A stretch of DNA of 64,000 bases from Macrostomum hystrix (taxonomy: Eukaryota; Animalia; Platyhelminthes): assembly GCA_950097015.1 (NCBI GenBank), contig CATNEN010000038.1, positions 5,208,001 to 5,272,000 of the forward strand, written 5' to 3'. Positions within the stretch are counted from its first letter, which is position 1, and every line of letters starts with the position of its first letter. Shown here piece after piece: positions 24,134 through 41,268 of this stretch. The notes under the pieces were generated by a model, which saw nothing but the letters and a program-made list of their open reading frames with translations, was not told where the DNA came from and made no database searches. The translations under genes and the position numbers were made by a program.

Positions 24134-25360
24134 AAGCTGAAAGTCACATAAAATATTATCGAACTCTAAATGCGATAAACTGTAAAAATAAATTGTTGTA
24201 AATTGAAGTCTGCAGGATAAATTGTTTTGTATGTTTTTTTATTTTCTTCTTATTGAGATATTTGCGCCTATAATTATTTTTCTACGCAGAATATTGAAAT
24301 TCGCACACATGTTCTTCAGATGCTACTGTAAATGTCGTGCGCGCTATTTTTATACTTTTGATTGATGATTTGGCAATGCTGCACTGCGTTGAAATAGACA
24401 CAAAAATATTTATTTTGGATCTTACACACAATGTCGCTTGGACTTATCTTAAAGCTTTTGTATTTGCTCTATTTTCTGCTTTCTAAAACAAACGATAGGA
24501 ATATACGAGTACGGTATAGTAAGGTTTCGTTGAATAAATGACCTTGCAATATGGGAAGGTTCGGTCATTGAAATGACTAGTATGACAATACTGGACGAGA
24601 GATAAGACGGAGGTCTGATTTACTTAATGAAAGTCGAACGCGCACTCACTGTGCAAAAAGAAATTTGAGCTGAAAAAAGTTTTAATCATTGAAATTCGCA
24701 GCTTTGCCTTTGAAAAGGCAGCACGAATGTGCTTTTTGGCAGCACATTCACGAATGTGAATGTGAATGTGCACGAATGTGCCTGGCTAGAGCTCATTGTC
24801 CACAGACAGTTTAAAATTCACCAGATTATTAGATCACAGAATTCACGTACCATACTTAACTTTTTTATGCCCTTTTTTATGAGGTTTTATGCCCTCAACC
24901 TCCTCCGGAGGATTTCAACTGTTCTGTGTTTGATTATGGCATAGGAGTTGGAGGAGATGTATAATGTACAAAGCGGCAGTTTCGTTCCAGCCACTGGTTG
25001 TATCCATGCGCTAAATGTACTTGGTTAGACTCATAATTTCCTAATCAGCCGTTTAGGCCGCTGTTTGCAATGTAACGAATTACAGTTACTTGTAAAGTGG
25101 GCATGTATTTCCGCTGGCGCACAAGAGCTCCAATTGGCATTTTCGCACTATATATGCGAGCTACATGAGTATTCACGAGAGAATTGGTTTCAGCAAGACA
25201 ACCTAAGCTCATAAAGAACATATTGTATCATAAAACCATCCTCATGTCTTCTGAAGTAAAGGTGAGAAACCGTAGGTGCCATGAGCAGCAGATGAGTCCG
25301 GTTGCCACGGCTCCACGACTACAGCAGCGATCTCCCAATCGGGAACTAGCAGCTCTAGCG

Positions 25361-25374
25361 GTTGCCATGGTGAC
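25361..25374. promoter_or_regulatory. Candidate RFX X-box GTTGCCATGGTGAC, flanked by CCAAT motifs
   Basis: Matches RYYNYY-WW-RRNRAC; CCAAT at about 25335 and 25383. Motif match only. Confidence 0.35.
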
Positions 25375-25959
25375 CCGAGCGTCCAATCGCGGTGGCTTAC
25401 CGGCCGTCTGTCTCCTTGTCGCGGATTTGTTAAGCAAACTGCAGCGGGAGCAGAGGAAGCTGCTGCTGCTGTTGCTGGCTGACGAACTGTTGCAGTCGGA
25501 GATTATTTCTTCGGTATAAATGTGTTTTACAGTTATCTGCAAACGACTTTCCTTGAACCGAGAGCTATCTAGAATCGATAAAGCGATTCAACAGTCGCGA
25601 TTGTTTTAGCACAAAAAATTTTAATACACCTGTTTAAAAGGCCATAGCACAGGCATTTTTGCGCAGAAATTTACCAAAATAAAAAAAATGCATGCTGAAG
25701 CCTTTGTTATCACTCAAATGACCGCTCTATACTACTTGCATGATCACTCGAAACTTTTAGCGCTAAAAATCATAAAAATTGTTCCAAAATCAGTTCAATA
25801 TGCTTCTAAACGAAGTGCAGAACTCAGCAAGCAATTAGACCATCCGATAGCATTATATGAAGAAGCGATTTTATTTTGTTTCACCACGAGCCGCAGATAA
25901 TTTTCAGTTTCATATTTAGTAAGTTTTGTGAGAAGTGTTTTGCATCTCATTTTGAACAG

Positions 25960-30198
<4,239 letters not shown>

Positions 30199-30621
30199 CT
30201 TTAGTTCTCAGATTTAGGTTTACGTAATCAATCAATATATGGAGTTTAATAAATCAGTAGCAGGGACTTACAAACTGCTTCATGACGGTCAGGTTCTAGA
30301 TTTGACATATAAAAATATACGCGTTGAGATGTCGGAAATTCAGAACCCCTGCAGATGTGAAAAATCAACTATTAAACTAATAATCAGTTAAAAAATCTGT
30401 GGTGTGAACGAAGTCAGCTTTCTGCGAATAATTAATAGGCTTAGGCAGAACCAAGTGGTGCAATCTGATTGGCTGCCTAATGTTTTAACAGCATCGAAAT
30501 TTTCGCTAAACTTGTTCTGCACCAAAGACAATGTATTTCTCCCCCTGCCTCTAGATAAGCTACTGAGCGAAACGCTTTTAATCCTCAAAATTACAATGGT
30601 TAGGCTATAGACACTTCTGCT

Positions 30622-33600
30622 GCAGGAATTTCGGAAATCAGTGGACTGTGTCAGGAATAGGGATTTGAGAAATCAGTGGACTGTGTCAGGATTTGGGATT
30701 TAAGAAATCAGTCGGACTGTTTCAGGAATTGGGATTTGAGAAATCAGTTGGACTGTTTCAGGAATAGTGATTTGAGAAATCAGTGGACTGTGTCAGGATT
30801 TGGGATTTAAGAAATCAGTCGGACTGTTTCAGGAATTGGGATTTGAGAAATCAGTTGGACTGTTTCAGGAATAGGGATTTGAGAAATCAGTGGACTGTGT
30901 CAGGAATTGGGATTTGAGAAATCAGTGGACTGTGTCAGGAATTGGGATTTGAGAAATCAGTGGACTGTTTCATGAATAGGGATTTGAGAAATCAGTGGAC
31001 TGTGTCAGGAATAGGGATTTGAGAAATCAGTGGACTGTGTCAGGAATAGGGATTTGAGAAATCAGTGGACTGTGTCAGGATTTGGGATTTGAGAAATCAG
31101 TGGACTGTGTCAGGAATAGGGATTTGAGAAATCAGTGGACTGTTTCAGGAATAGGGATTTGAGAAATCAGTTAGACTGTCAGAAATAGGGATTTGAGAAA
31201 TCAGTGGACTGTCAGGAATTGGGATTTGAGAAATCAGTGGACTGTGTCAGGAATTGGGATTTGAGAAATCAGTGGACTGTCAGGAATTGGGATTTGAGAA
31301 ATCAGTGGACTGTGTCAGGAATTGGGATTTGAGAAATCAGTGGACTGTGTCAGGAATAAGGATTTGAAAAATCAGTTAGACTGTCAGAAATAGGGATTTA
31401 AGAAATCAGTTAGACTGTCAGAAATAGGGATTTGAGAAATCAGTGGACTGTGTCAGGAATTGGGATTTGAGAAATCAGTGGACTGTGTCAGGAATTGGGA
31501 TTTGAGAAATCAGTGGACTGTGTCAGGGATGGGGATTTCAGAAATCAGTGGACTGTCAGGAATTGGGATTTAAGAAATCAGTGGACTGTGTCAGGAATTG
31601 GGATTTGAGAAATCAGTTGGACTGTGTCAGGAATTGGGATTTGAGAAATCAGTGGACTGTCAGGAATTGGGATTTCAGAAATCAGTGGACTGTGTCAGGA
31701 ATTGGGATTTGAGTAATCAGTGGACTGTGTCAGAAATAGGGATTTGAGAAATCAGTTAGACTGTCAGAAATAGGGATTTAAGAAATCAGTGGACTGTGTC
31801 AGGAATTGGGATTTGAGAAATCAGTGGACTGTGTCAGGAATCGGGATTTAAGAAATCAGTGGACTGTGTCAGGAATTGGGATTTGAGTAATCAGTGGACT
31901 GTGTCAGGAATTGGGATTTGAGAAATCAGTGGACTGTGTCAGGAATTGGGATTTGAGAAATCAGTGGACTGTGTCAGGAATTGGGATTTGAGTAATCAGT
32001 GGACTGTGTCAGGAATTGGGATTTGAGAAATCAGTGGACTGTGTCAGGAATAGGGATTTGAGAAATCAGTGGACTGTGTCAGGAATTGGGATTTGAGAAA
32101 TCAGTGGACTGTGTCAGGAATAAGGATTTGAAAAATCAGTTAGACTGTCAGAAATAGGGATTTAAGAAATCAGTTAGACTGTCAGAAATAGGGATTTGAG
32201 AAATCAGTTAGACTGTCAGAAATAGGGATTTAAGAAATCAGTGGACTGTGTCAGGAATTGGGATTTGAGAAATCAGTGGACTGTGTCAGGAATTGGGATT
32301 AGAGAAATCAGTTAGACTGTCAGAAATAGGGATTTAAGAAATCAGTGGACTGTGTCAGGAATTGGGATTTGAGAAATCAGTGGACTGTGTCAGGGATGGA
32401 GATTTGAGAAATCAGTGGACTGTCAGGAATTGGGATTTAAGAAATCAGTGGACTGTGTCAGGAATTGGGATTTGAGAAATCAGTTGGACTGTGTCAGGAA
32501 TTGGGATTTGAGAAATCAGTGGACTGTCAGGAATTGGGATTTAAGAAATCAGTGGACTGTGTCAGGAATTGGGATTTGAGTAATCAGTGGACTGTTTCAG
32601 GAATAGGGATTTGAGAAATCAGTGGACTGTGTCAGGAATTGGGATTTGAGAAATCAGTGGACTGTTTCAGGAATTGGGATTTGAGAAATCAGTGGACTGT
32701 GTCAGGAATTGGGATTTGAGAAATCAGTTGGACTGTTTCAGGAATGGGGATTTGAGAAATCAGTGGACTGTGTCAGGAATTGGGATTTGAGAAATCAGTT
32801 GGACTGTTTCAGGAATGGGGATTTGAGAAATCAGTGGACTGTGTCAGGAATTGGGATTTGAGAAATCAGTGGACTGTGTCAGGAATTGGGATTTGAGAAA
32901 TCAGTGGACTGTGTCAGGAATTGGGATTTGAGAAATCAGTGGACTGTGTCAGGAATTGGGATTTGAGTAATCAGTGGACTGTGTCAGGAATTGGGATTTG
33001 AGAAATCAGTTGGACTGTGTCAGGAATTGGGATTTGAGTAATCAGTGGACTGTGTCAGGAATTGGGATTTGAGAAATCAGTGGACTGTTTCAGGAATTGG
33101 GATTTGAGAAATCAGTGGACTGTGTCAGGAATTGGGATTTGAGTAATCACTGGACTGTTTCAGGAATAGGGATTTGAGAAATCAGTGGACTGTGTCAGGA
33201 ATTGGGATTTGAGAAATCAGTTGGACTGTTTCAGGAATGGGGATTTGAGAAATCAGTGGACTGTGTCAGGAATTGGGATTTGAGAAATCAGTGGACTGTG
33301 TCAGGAATTGGGATTTGAGTAATCAGTGGACTGTGTCAGGAATTGGGATTTGAGAAATCAGTTGGACTGTGTCAGGAATTGGGATTTGAGTAATCAGTGG
33401 ACTGTGTCAGGAATTGGGATTTGAGAAATCAGTGGACTGTTTCAGGAATTGGGATTTGAGAAATCAGTGGACTGTGTCAGGAATTGGGATTTGAGTAATC
33501 ACTGGACTGTTTCAGGAATAGGGATTTGAGAAATCAGTGGACTGTGTCAGGAATTGGGATTTGAGAAATCAGTTAGACTGTCAGAAATAGGGATTTAAGA

Positions 33601-35351
33601 AATCAGTGGACTGTGTCAGGAATTGGGATTTGAGAAATCAGTGGACTGTGTCAGGGATGGGGATTTGAGAAATCAGTGGACTGTCAGGAATTGGGATTTA
33701 AGAAATCAGTGGACTGTGTCAGGAATTGGGATTTGAGAAATCAGTTGGACTGTGTCAGGAATTGGGATTTGAGAAATCAGTGGACTGTCAGGAATTGGGA
33801 TTTAAGAAATCAGTGGACTGTGTCAGGAATTGGGATTTGAGAAATCAGTGGACTGTGTCAGGAATTGGGATTTGAGAAATCAGTGGACTGTTTCAGGAAT
33901 TGGGATTTGAGAAATCAGTGGACTGTGTCAGGAATTGGGATTTAAGTAATCACTGGACTGTTTCAGGAATAGGGATTTGAGAAATCAGTGGACTGTGTCA
34001 GGAATTGGGATTTGAGAAATCAGTTGGACTGTTTCAGGAATGGGGATTTGAGAAATCAGTGGACTGTGTCAGGAATTGGGATTTGAGTAATCAGTGGACT
34101 GTGTCAGGATTTGGGATTTGAGTAATCAGTGGACTGTGTCAGGAATAGGGATTTGAGAAATCAGTGGACTGTTTCAGGAATTGGGATTTGAGAAATCAGT
34201 TGGACTGTGTCAGGAATTGGGATTTGAGTAATCAGTGGACTGTGTCAGGAATTGGGATTTGAGAAATCAGTGGACTGTGTCAGGAATAGGGATTTGAGAA
34301 ATCAGTTGGACTGTTTCAGGAATAGGGATTTGAGAAATCAGTGGACTGTTTCAGGAATAGGGATTTGAGAAATCAGTTGGACTGTGTCAGGAATTGGGAT
34401 TTGAGAAATCAGTGGACTGTGTCAGGAATTGGGATTTGAGTAATCAGTGGACTGTGTCAGAAATAGGGATTTGAGAAATCAGTTAGACTGTCAGAAATAG
34501 GGATTTAAGAAATCAGTGGACTGTGTCAGGAATTGGGATTTGAGAAATCAGTTGGACTGTTTCAGGAATGGGGATTTGAGAAATCAGTGGACTGTGTCAG
34601 GAATTGGGATTTGAGAAATCAGTGGACTGTTTCAGGAATTGGGATTTGAGAAATCAGTGGACTGTGTCAGGAATTGGGATTTGAGTAATCACTGGACTGT
34701 TTCAGGAATAGGGATTTGAGAAATCAGTGGACTGTGTCAGGAATTGGGATTTGAGAAATCAGTTGGACTGTTTCAGGAATAGGGATTTGAGAAATCAGTG
34801 GACTGTTTCAGGAATAGGGATTTGAGAAATCAGTTGGACTGTGTCAGGAATTGGGATTTGAGAAATCAGTGGACTGTGTCAGGAATTGGGATTTGAGAAA
34901 TCAGTGGACTGTGTCAGGGATGGGGATTTGAGAAATCAGTTGGACTGTGTCAGGAATTGGGATTTGAGAAATCAGTTGGACTGTGTCAGGAATTGGGATT
35001 TGAGAAATCAGTGGACTGTTTCAGGAATTGGGATTTGAGAAATCAGTGGACTGTGTCAGGAATTGGGATTTGAGAAATCAGTTGGACTGTTTCAGGAATA
35101 GGGATTTGAGAAATCAGTGGACTGTTTCAGGAATAGGGATTTGAGAAATCAGTTGGACTGTGTCAGGAATTGGGATTTGAGAAATCAGTTGGACTGTTTC
35201 AGGGATTGGGATTTGAGAAATCAGTCGACTGTTTTAGGGATTGGGATTTGAGAAATCAGTGGACTGTCAGGAATTGGGATTTGAGAAATCAGTGGGCTGT
35301 GTCAGGAATTGGGATTTGAGAAATCAGTGGACTGTGTCAGGAATTGGGATC
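30622..35351. repeat. 4.7-kb satellite with a 33-36-bp unit (GAGAAATCAGTGGACTGTGTCAGGAATTGGGATTT), roughly 135 copies
   Basis: Read directly; variant blocks recur. Confidence 0.98.
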
Positions 35352-36368
35352 TGTCTACATGTAGCACTTAGCTGAAAGCGGATAAGGAATTGTACTAGTA
35401 TTTTGCTCACAAAAAGGCTAAAAAAATATTTGAAAAATAACTCGTGTGACTTGTCTACTTGAAACAAAACGCATTGCAGCTATCTATGGCCTAAACTGAC
35501 TCAGATGTCAACTGTCTCAGAGGAAGAAAGAAAATCGGCAATCAAATAAATGGCTCGGACGTCAATCATTTAGAAGCTTCGCCTGCCGGTTTTCAGAACT
35601 AAATTATCAGTCGTTGGATCCGCAGTAAGTTTGAGCTGCTCAGATCATATATATTACTGTATTGTGAAATAAACGATAATTTTTCATTGTTTTCTTTCTC
35701 ATTGTTATAGGTTGCAGAGAAAAGGTAAACAAGCTATGGAAACTTCGGAAGTGACACCCGTTAAGTTCTATATCAATGAGTCTGCATTCTATACCCTGCA
35801 GTTCCTGCTGGTCACACAGCTGCTGCTGCTGCTGCTGCTGCTGGCCCTAAGTTTGTTCCAAGTAAAAGCCAGCAAGTCACCAAAAATACCAGAACATCGT
35901 ATCGAGGAGTTACTACTGCCGCAAACGGAGTAAAAACGTTGGCCATTAAAATCCATTAAAATTCATGTGTGACGGCTGCCACTGAGATAACTGAAACAGC
36001 GCACACGTTTTGTTTACTATGAGTAGTGTGTTTTTCCTGCCTTACTTTTATTTTAACATGCCAATTCGGAAAACTTCGGTTTTCCGACAGTACGAGGCAG
36101 TAATCTTCTAAGCTGGCAAAAATATAATATAGAACAATCTTTAACGGTAACGTGTCTTGTACTTTAAAAATTGTTCGTTGACAGACGGAAAGTTAATTTA
36201 CTTGACTGCTTTCTAACTTACAAACCTAGCACTATTTAACTCTAAGACAAGTTTAGAGATCTTTCTCGATCTGTTTATGGTTAAAAAAAAACATATTTTT
36301 TTCAATAAAATATGATTTTATATTTGGAGCCCTCTATTTTGACATTCTTTCTATATTTGAAGACACAA

Positions 36369-36752
36369 ATGGTGGGCAGCCCCAGTCCATTGATGGTGGG
36401 CAGCCCCAGTGCATTGATGGTGGGCAGCCCCAGTGCATTGATGGTGGGCAGCCCCAGTGCATTGATGGTGGGCAGCCCCAGTGCATTGATGGTGGGCAGC
36501 CCCAGTGCATTGATGGTGGGCAGCCCCAGTGCATTGATGGTGGGCAGCCCCTTCCCATTGATGGTGGGCAGCCCCAGTGCATTGATGGTGGGCAGCCCCA
36601 GTGCATTGATGGTGGGCAGCCCCAGTGCATTGATGGTGGCCGGCCCCAGTCCATTGATGGTGGGCAGCCCCAGTCCATTGATGGTGGGCAGCCCCAGTCC
36701 ATTGATGGTGGGCAGCCCCAGTGTATTGATGGTGTGGCAACCCCACCATCAA
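36369..36752. repeat. 24-bp minisatellite (TGGTGGGCAGCCCCAGTGCATTGA)n
   Basis: Read directly. Confidence 0.95.
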
Positions 36753-37093
36753 TTCACGTCGATGGTAATCGCAGTCGACGCGCCATTCAACCCCTTCTTG
36801 CTATAGACAAAACACACCCTGCCATGGCGTGTTGAACGTGAATGATGGCTGGCAAACTTGAACGATAGTTGTCTAAGTTGAATGGCGTCGACTGCGATTA
36901 CCATCGGTTACTGTCGAACTTAAATGAAACTTGGCTAAGTTGATTGGCAAAACGTTGAGTTTGACCGGAAAATGTGTACTATCGCGCAAGTTTTTATCAG
37001 TAGTGCGAATAGAAATACATGAGGCCTCTAATGAAGGTATAACCCACTGTAATAAATTCTTAGCTCTATTTAATGCAGCCTCACGAAGACAAA

Positions 37094-37474
37094 TAACAAT
37101 AACAATAATAATAATAATAATAATTGCAGGAGGGCTGCGGGAAATGGCACATTATTTAGTGACAGTAGACCCGCAGCCAGCGAGGAGGCAATTCTACCCA
37201 TTTCGCTGACTCCCGAGCACACACGCGCACAGATACTGTACGCAGGCACACGCTCACACAGGTGTGCCCTGATTTTCTCATCGTCAGGCAGTGTACAGTT
37301 CAATGTGCCTTGGAGGTTGGCCCTCAAGGGCGTAAATTGCACGACCAGCTCCCAAGCCTTCTCTCCGCGGCTGCGCCCCAAATAAATGTGGCCTCGCCGT
37401 GGAATCGAACTTCGTGGAATCGTGGGACCGTGGTGCGAGAGGCAAACGCGATAATCGCTCTGCCACCAACCCCG
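37094..37474 (-). mobile_element. tRNA-derived SINE (family A), 12-bp TSD CACGAAGACAAA
   Basis: TSD at 37082-37093 and 37475-37486; (ATT)n tail. Confidence 0.94.
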
Positions 37475-37978
37475 CACGAAGACAAAGCGACATGACTTAT
37501 TTTCTGATATAGTTTCTAATTTAGAATGTTGCTAAGTAGTTACTCAGTAAGTAGCTTCTAATGCGAAATTTTTCGATTTTACAGAAAGTAAAGAAAGAAA
37601 ATCTTAGTTTGTTAGTAACTTTTAGCAAGAACTCATAGCAAGTATTTATAAGCTCCAAAGTGCAATTAATTCATATATTTACAGTGCTTAACAACTGCCG
37701 CATCTGCATTCAATCAAACCCACTGATTGGTCGGTCAGCAAATGGCGCGTTCTATAAAAAAAGGTGGCATTTTTTAAACAAGACACTCGCTGGGATTTCC
37801 AAAATGTTTCACAAGCGCTTCAAAACACACAGAATGCCAATAAAACCAAATGAAATATAAAAAGGGAAATCTGAAATTTTCTGCAGGGTTTCGGTGCACG
37901 AAGCAGCGGTGAACTGATAAAAAATGCGGAATATTAAAAAAGGCATTATTAAATAAATCTCGCAGATGGCTTTGCAGT

Positions 37979-39463
37979 TCAGTGGCTTCCAGTGACGGGC
38001 ACAGCGCTGCCAGTTGCCGGCTGGAAGGTCAGGCGGACGGCCTTCATCGGCCCTGTCGGACGACTGAGCTGCGGCTGCGGCTGAGCCGTCTGCCAGATCG
38101 AGGCTGAGCACCCGGACGATGACGAGAGAGACCGCGTCGCGGCGGAGGACAGCAGCGGCACCATCGCACGAGGAGGCGGCGGAGGAGACGGAGGCGTCGG
38201 TGTCGCCAGCTTTGGTGCAACCAGCGAGGTCAAGGCCACAGCGGCTGGCAGCGGACGTCGCGGCCGCCGGAAGTCCGGGTGAGGCGAGCAGGCCGCGAAG
38301 CTGCTCCGACGGCGGGCGCACTTGGCAGGCCGAGATCCATCCATCGATGACTGGTCGATGGAGCCGGCGACGCCGCTCAGACGATGCAGACGACGGCGAC
38401 GAAACGACACCGATGAGGAGGCTGTGACGACTTCGGTGACTACTGCAGCGGAAGCAGCGGCGACTGCGTTAGCCACGCCCGTCGGACTGCGGCTGCGGCT
38501 GCGACCGCGGCTCCTGCTGCGGCTGAGTCTCGAGACGACGCGGCTGACCGCCGCGCGCAAATTCGCACCGGCGCTGCGTCGTCGGTGTTGATGCGGAAGA
38601 AGCTGTAGAGGCGGCTGCTTCGCTGCCATCGACGAAGAAGACTCGGTCATGGCATCGTCTACAGTGGCGACGTCTGGTAGATCGTTGGCCCACCGAATGA
38701 GGAGGGCCACGCCAGTGTTGAGTCGGGCTGCGGCCTCCGCTGTGTCCACACCGCCGTAGAGGCAGGGGCCCAGGCAGGTGGCCAGGTTGTAGGCGTCCAT
38801 TAGGTTGCCGCCAGCGTCGGCCAGGCGGTGCAGCAGTTGGCAGAGGAGGCGCAGCGCCCTGGCATGGCAGCCGCCGCTGATGAGGCCAGCGACTGCGCGT
38901 ACGGAAGTCCGCTGTGCATCAGAGTCTCTGATGGCCGCTCCGGCTAGTGTCTCAGCAAGCTTCAATGGTAGCAATGGCTGTGGCAGCTGGCGGAGCCAGG
39001 TCTTCAGCATCGAGCAGACATCCTGCGGCGGCGTTTCCGCCGGAATGTCGCAGCTCGGGTCGGCGTCAAGTCGGCAGCGCAGCTGCAGCAGCCTTGGCCG
39101 AGCGCCTTCAACGCGGAACAGTCCCTCGGTGGACAGGGCGCTCTCCTCTGACAGGAAACGGCAGCTGGCCGCCAGAAGGCACGGAACTGGACCAACGCCT
39201 TCCACCAAAGTCTGCGGCTGCCCTAGAAGAGGCCGGCCGAAGTGAAGGCCGCCGACCACGTTGGCGCTGTCTGCTGTCATCTCGCAGCCGCCGCTACTTC
39301 GTCGCTGCAGCCGCTTCGGCAGGAGCAAGGCTGTCAGCTTACTTGCCGATGAGCTGCTGCTGCTGCTGCTACTGCTGATGTTCTTGGTGGACAGGACACT
39401 TCTGACTGAGGTCGGCGAAAGTCGGACGCCGAGTAGGCGATCTCCGGGAGTGCGGCTGCTCAT
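37979..39463 (-). CDS. ARHGAP11A: Rho GTPase-activating protein, ARHGAP11-like, single coding exon (~494 aa)
   Basis: RhoGAP motifs FGRPL, TEGLFR (arginine finger), DVCSMLKTWLRQLPQPLL and NLMDAYNLATCLGP. N-terminal GAP domain with a basic Ser/Arg-rich tail. First ATG at 39463 follows a ttctcag acceptor. Orthology is tentative. Confidence 0.8.
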   Translation of the reverse strand: MSSRTPGDRLLGVRLSPTSVRSVLSTKNISSSSSSSSSSASKLTALLLPKRLQRRSSGGCEMTADSANVVGGLHFGRPLLGQPQTLVEGVGPVPCLLAASCRFLSEESALSTEGLFRVEGARPRLLQLRCRLDADPSCDIPAETPPQDVCSMLKTWLRQLPQPLLPLKLAETLAGAAIRDSDAQRTSVRAVAGLISGGCHARALRLLCQLLHRLADAGGNLMDAYNLATCLGPCLYGGVDTAEAAARLNTGVALLIRWANDLPDVATVDDAMTESSSSMAAKQPPLQLLPHQHRRRSAGANLRAAVSRVVSRLSRSRSRGRSRSRSPTGVANAVAAASAAVVTEVVTASSSVSFRRRRLHRLSGVAGSIDQSSMDGSRPAKCARRRSSFAACSPHPDFRRPRRPLPAAVALTSLVAPKLATPTPPSPPPPPRAMVPLLSSAATRSLSSSSGCSASIWQTAQPQPQLSRPTGPMKAVRLTFQPATGSAVPVTGSH

Positions 39464-39919
39464 GATGCTGATAAGACTCTGAGAATATTTTGAGTAATTG
39501 GAGCAACTCAAATAAAAATGAACTTAAAGGTTGTAAATTTATTGTCGAAGTCGTGCAAATGAGGCAATAATATTTAATTGAGAAGTCAGCGGGGTGATTG
39601 CAGCTTGCAGATGGTCGCGTGCGACTACATATAGTCACTGCGGGACTGCCGATGGCGCCCCCTCCCAACCCTCAGCGCATTCCGGTCTCACTCTAGCTCG
39701 GTTCTAGCCAATCAGAGGCGGAGGGGGTGGCTGTGCGTGATTGAGGGTCGCGCGTAGAAGCTTCGTGCATTGGTGGATGCGCGAGGCCGACTCATGCGCC
39801 ACAGCTCGATGCAATTGTCGCGTGCCTGCTTCACGCGGGAGGCAGTGATAATTTTCAATCAAGATTTCCCGTGCATCTTACATTGAGCTGCACGCGTGCG
39901 GCAGATAGAAATTTAATCT

Positions 39920-40030
39920 AACCCAGTTGGACTAGATGTACAGTAGCAGCTGTTCAGTCCATGGACTGGAAGTTGGCCCCACAGCTGATGCAGGCACCCA
40001 TTTTACAGCTGGGTTAACTAAAGCACTTTA
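39920..40030 (-). mobile_element. Fragment of the older SINE family B
   Basis: CAGCTGTTCAGTCCATGGACT and CCCATTTTACAGCTGGGTTAACT resemble 19610-19700. Confidence 0.6.
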
Positions 40031-40873
40031 GTGTATTGATACATTACACGAATCGTGTGACGTACGACCTACGAGTAAATATTAACTTTTTGCTCCCAAA
40101 TTTTCACGTCACATTTTTGGGATAAATCCTTGTTGACTTCCCAGTCAAACAAAGCCTCATATAGATAGTTGATTATAGCGGTCAAATTAACTATTCTTAT
40201 AGTATCGCGATAAAAATCTTAAATACGAGAACTGCAAAACACAATGCTTCCCAGTCTTAAATTCTTGTCTATTCATAATTACCGCATATGAGTATTTCTG
40301 TTTGTAATTCTCCTGGTATTCGTGTAGTTTCCGAATCCTAGAATAATAATGATTCAGTGACCTGTGAGACACGCGTTCTCATAAGAAAACGGCGCCCGTA
40401 TTTTCCAGAACTTAATGAGGCTCGCCCAGCTCCACAGCCTCAGGTGCTCCATCCATGCAGCCCGTATAGTCATTATCGTCACCTTTTGCCAGGTGAGTCG
40501 CTTCATGAAGGCCCGCATGCTCAGACAATAGCTGAGCACACACAGCACGTGGCAATTCTTTTCTTTATCAAAGATTCTAAGAGAGAAGCCGCGGTCGAGC
40601 TTGTTTTACGCGGCGTCTCCTCCCAGATCTTCTCAAGATCCCGCATTCCAGTTTACTCCCCACAGACAGAGTGATTCTCCAATTACCTTATCGACTCAAA
40701 GATCTCATAATAGGCGCTCAGCTGAAGTATCTTTTGTTTGGTTTCCTTCTTACGAGGGACGCATTTTTTCTCGGGATAAATATTCGATTACTTATTGTAA
40801 GTCATTGTGGGTCATGCACTGAGCTCTTCCCGCCAAATCCCCATTTTCCGGACCAGCATATGGGCTGACTCTG

Positions 40874-41268
40874 TCCAGTCTATGATCCAGTCTATGATCC
40901 AGTCTATGATCCAGTCTATGATCCAGTCTATGATCCAGTCTATGATCCAGTCTATGATCCAGTCTATGATCCAGTCTATGATCCAGTCTATGATCCAGTC
41001 TATGATCCAGTCTATGATCCAGTCTATGATCCAGTCTATGATCCAGTCTATGATCCAGTCTATGATCCAGTCTATGATCCAGTCTATGATCCAGTCTATG
41101 ATCCAGTCTATGATCCAGTCTATGATCCAGTCTATGATCCAGTCTATGATCCAGTCTATGATCCAGTCTATGATCCAGTCTATGATCCAGTCTATGATCC
41201 AGTCTATGATCCAGTCTATGATCCAGTCTATGATCCAGTCTATGATCCAGTCTATGATCCAGTCTATG
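40874..41268. repeat. Perfect 12-bp tandem repeat (TCCAGTCTATGA)n
   Basis: Read directly. Confidence 0.98.

Noticed and set aside
38119-39482. Plus-strand ORFs overlapping the RhoGAP (and antisense ORFs over the MAM exons)
   Set aside because: Shadow ORFs of GC-rich coding sequence with no recognisable domains.
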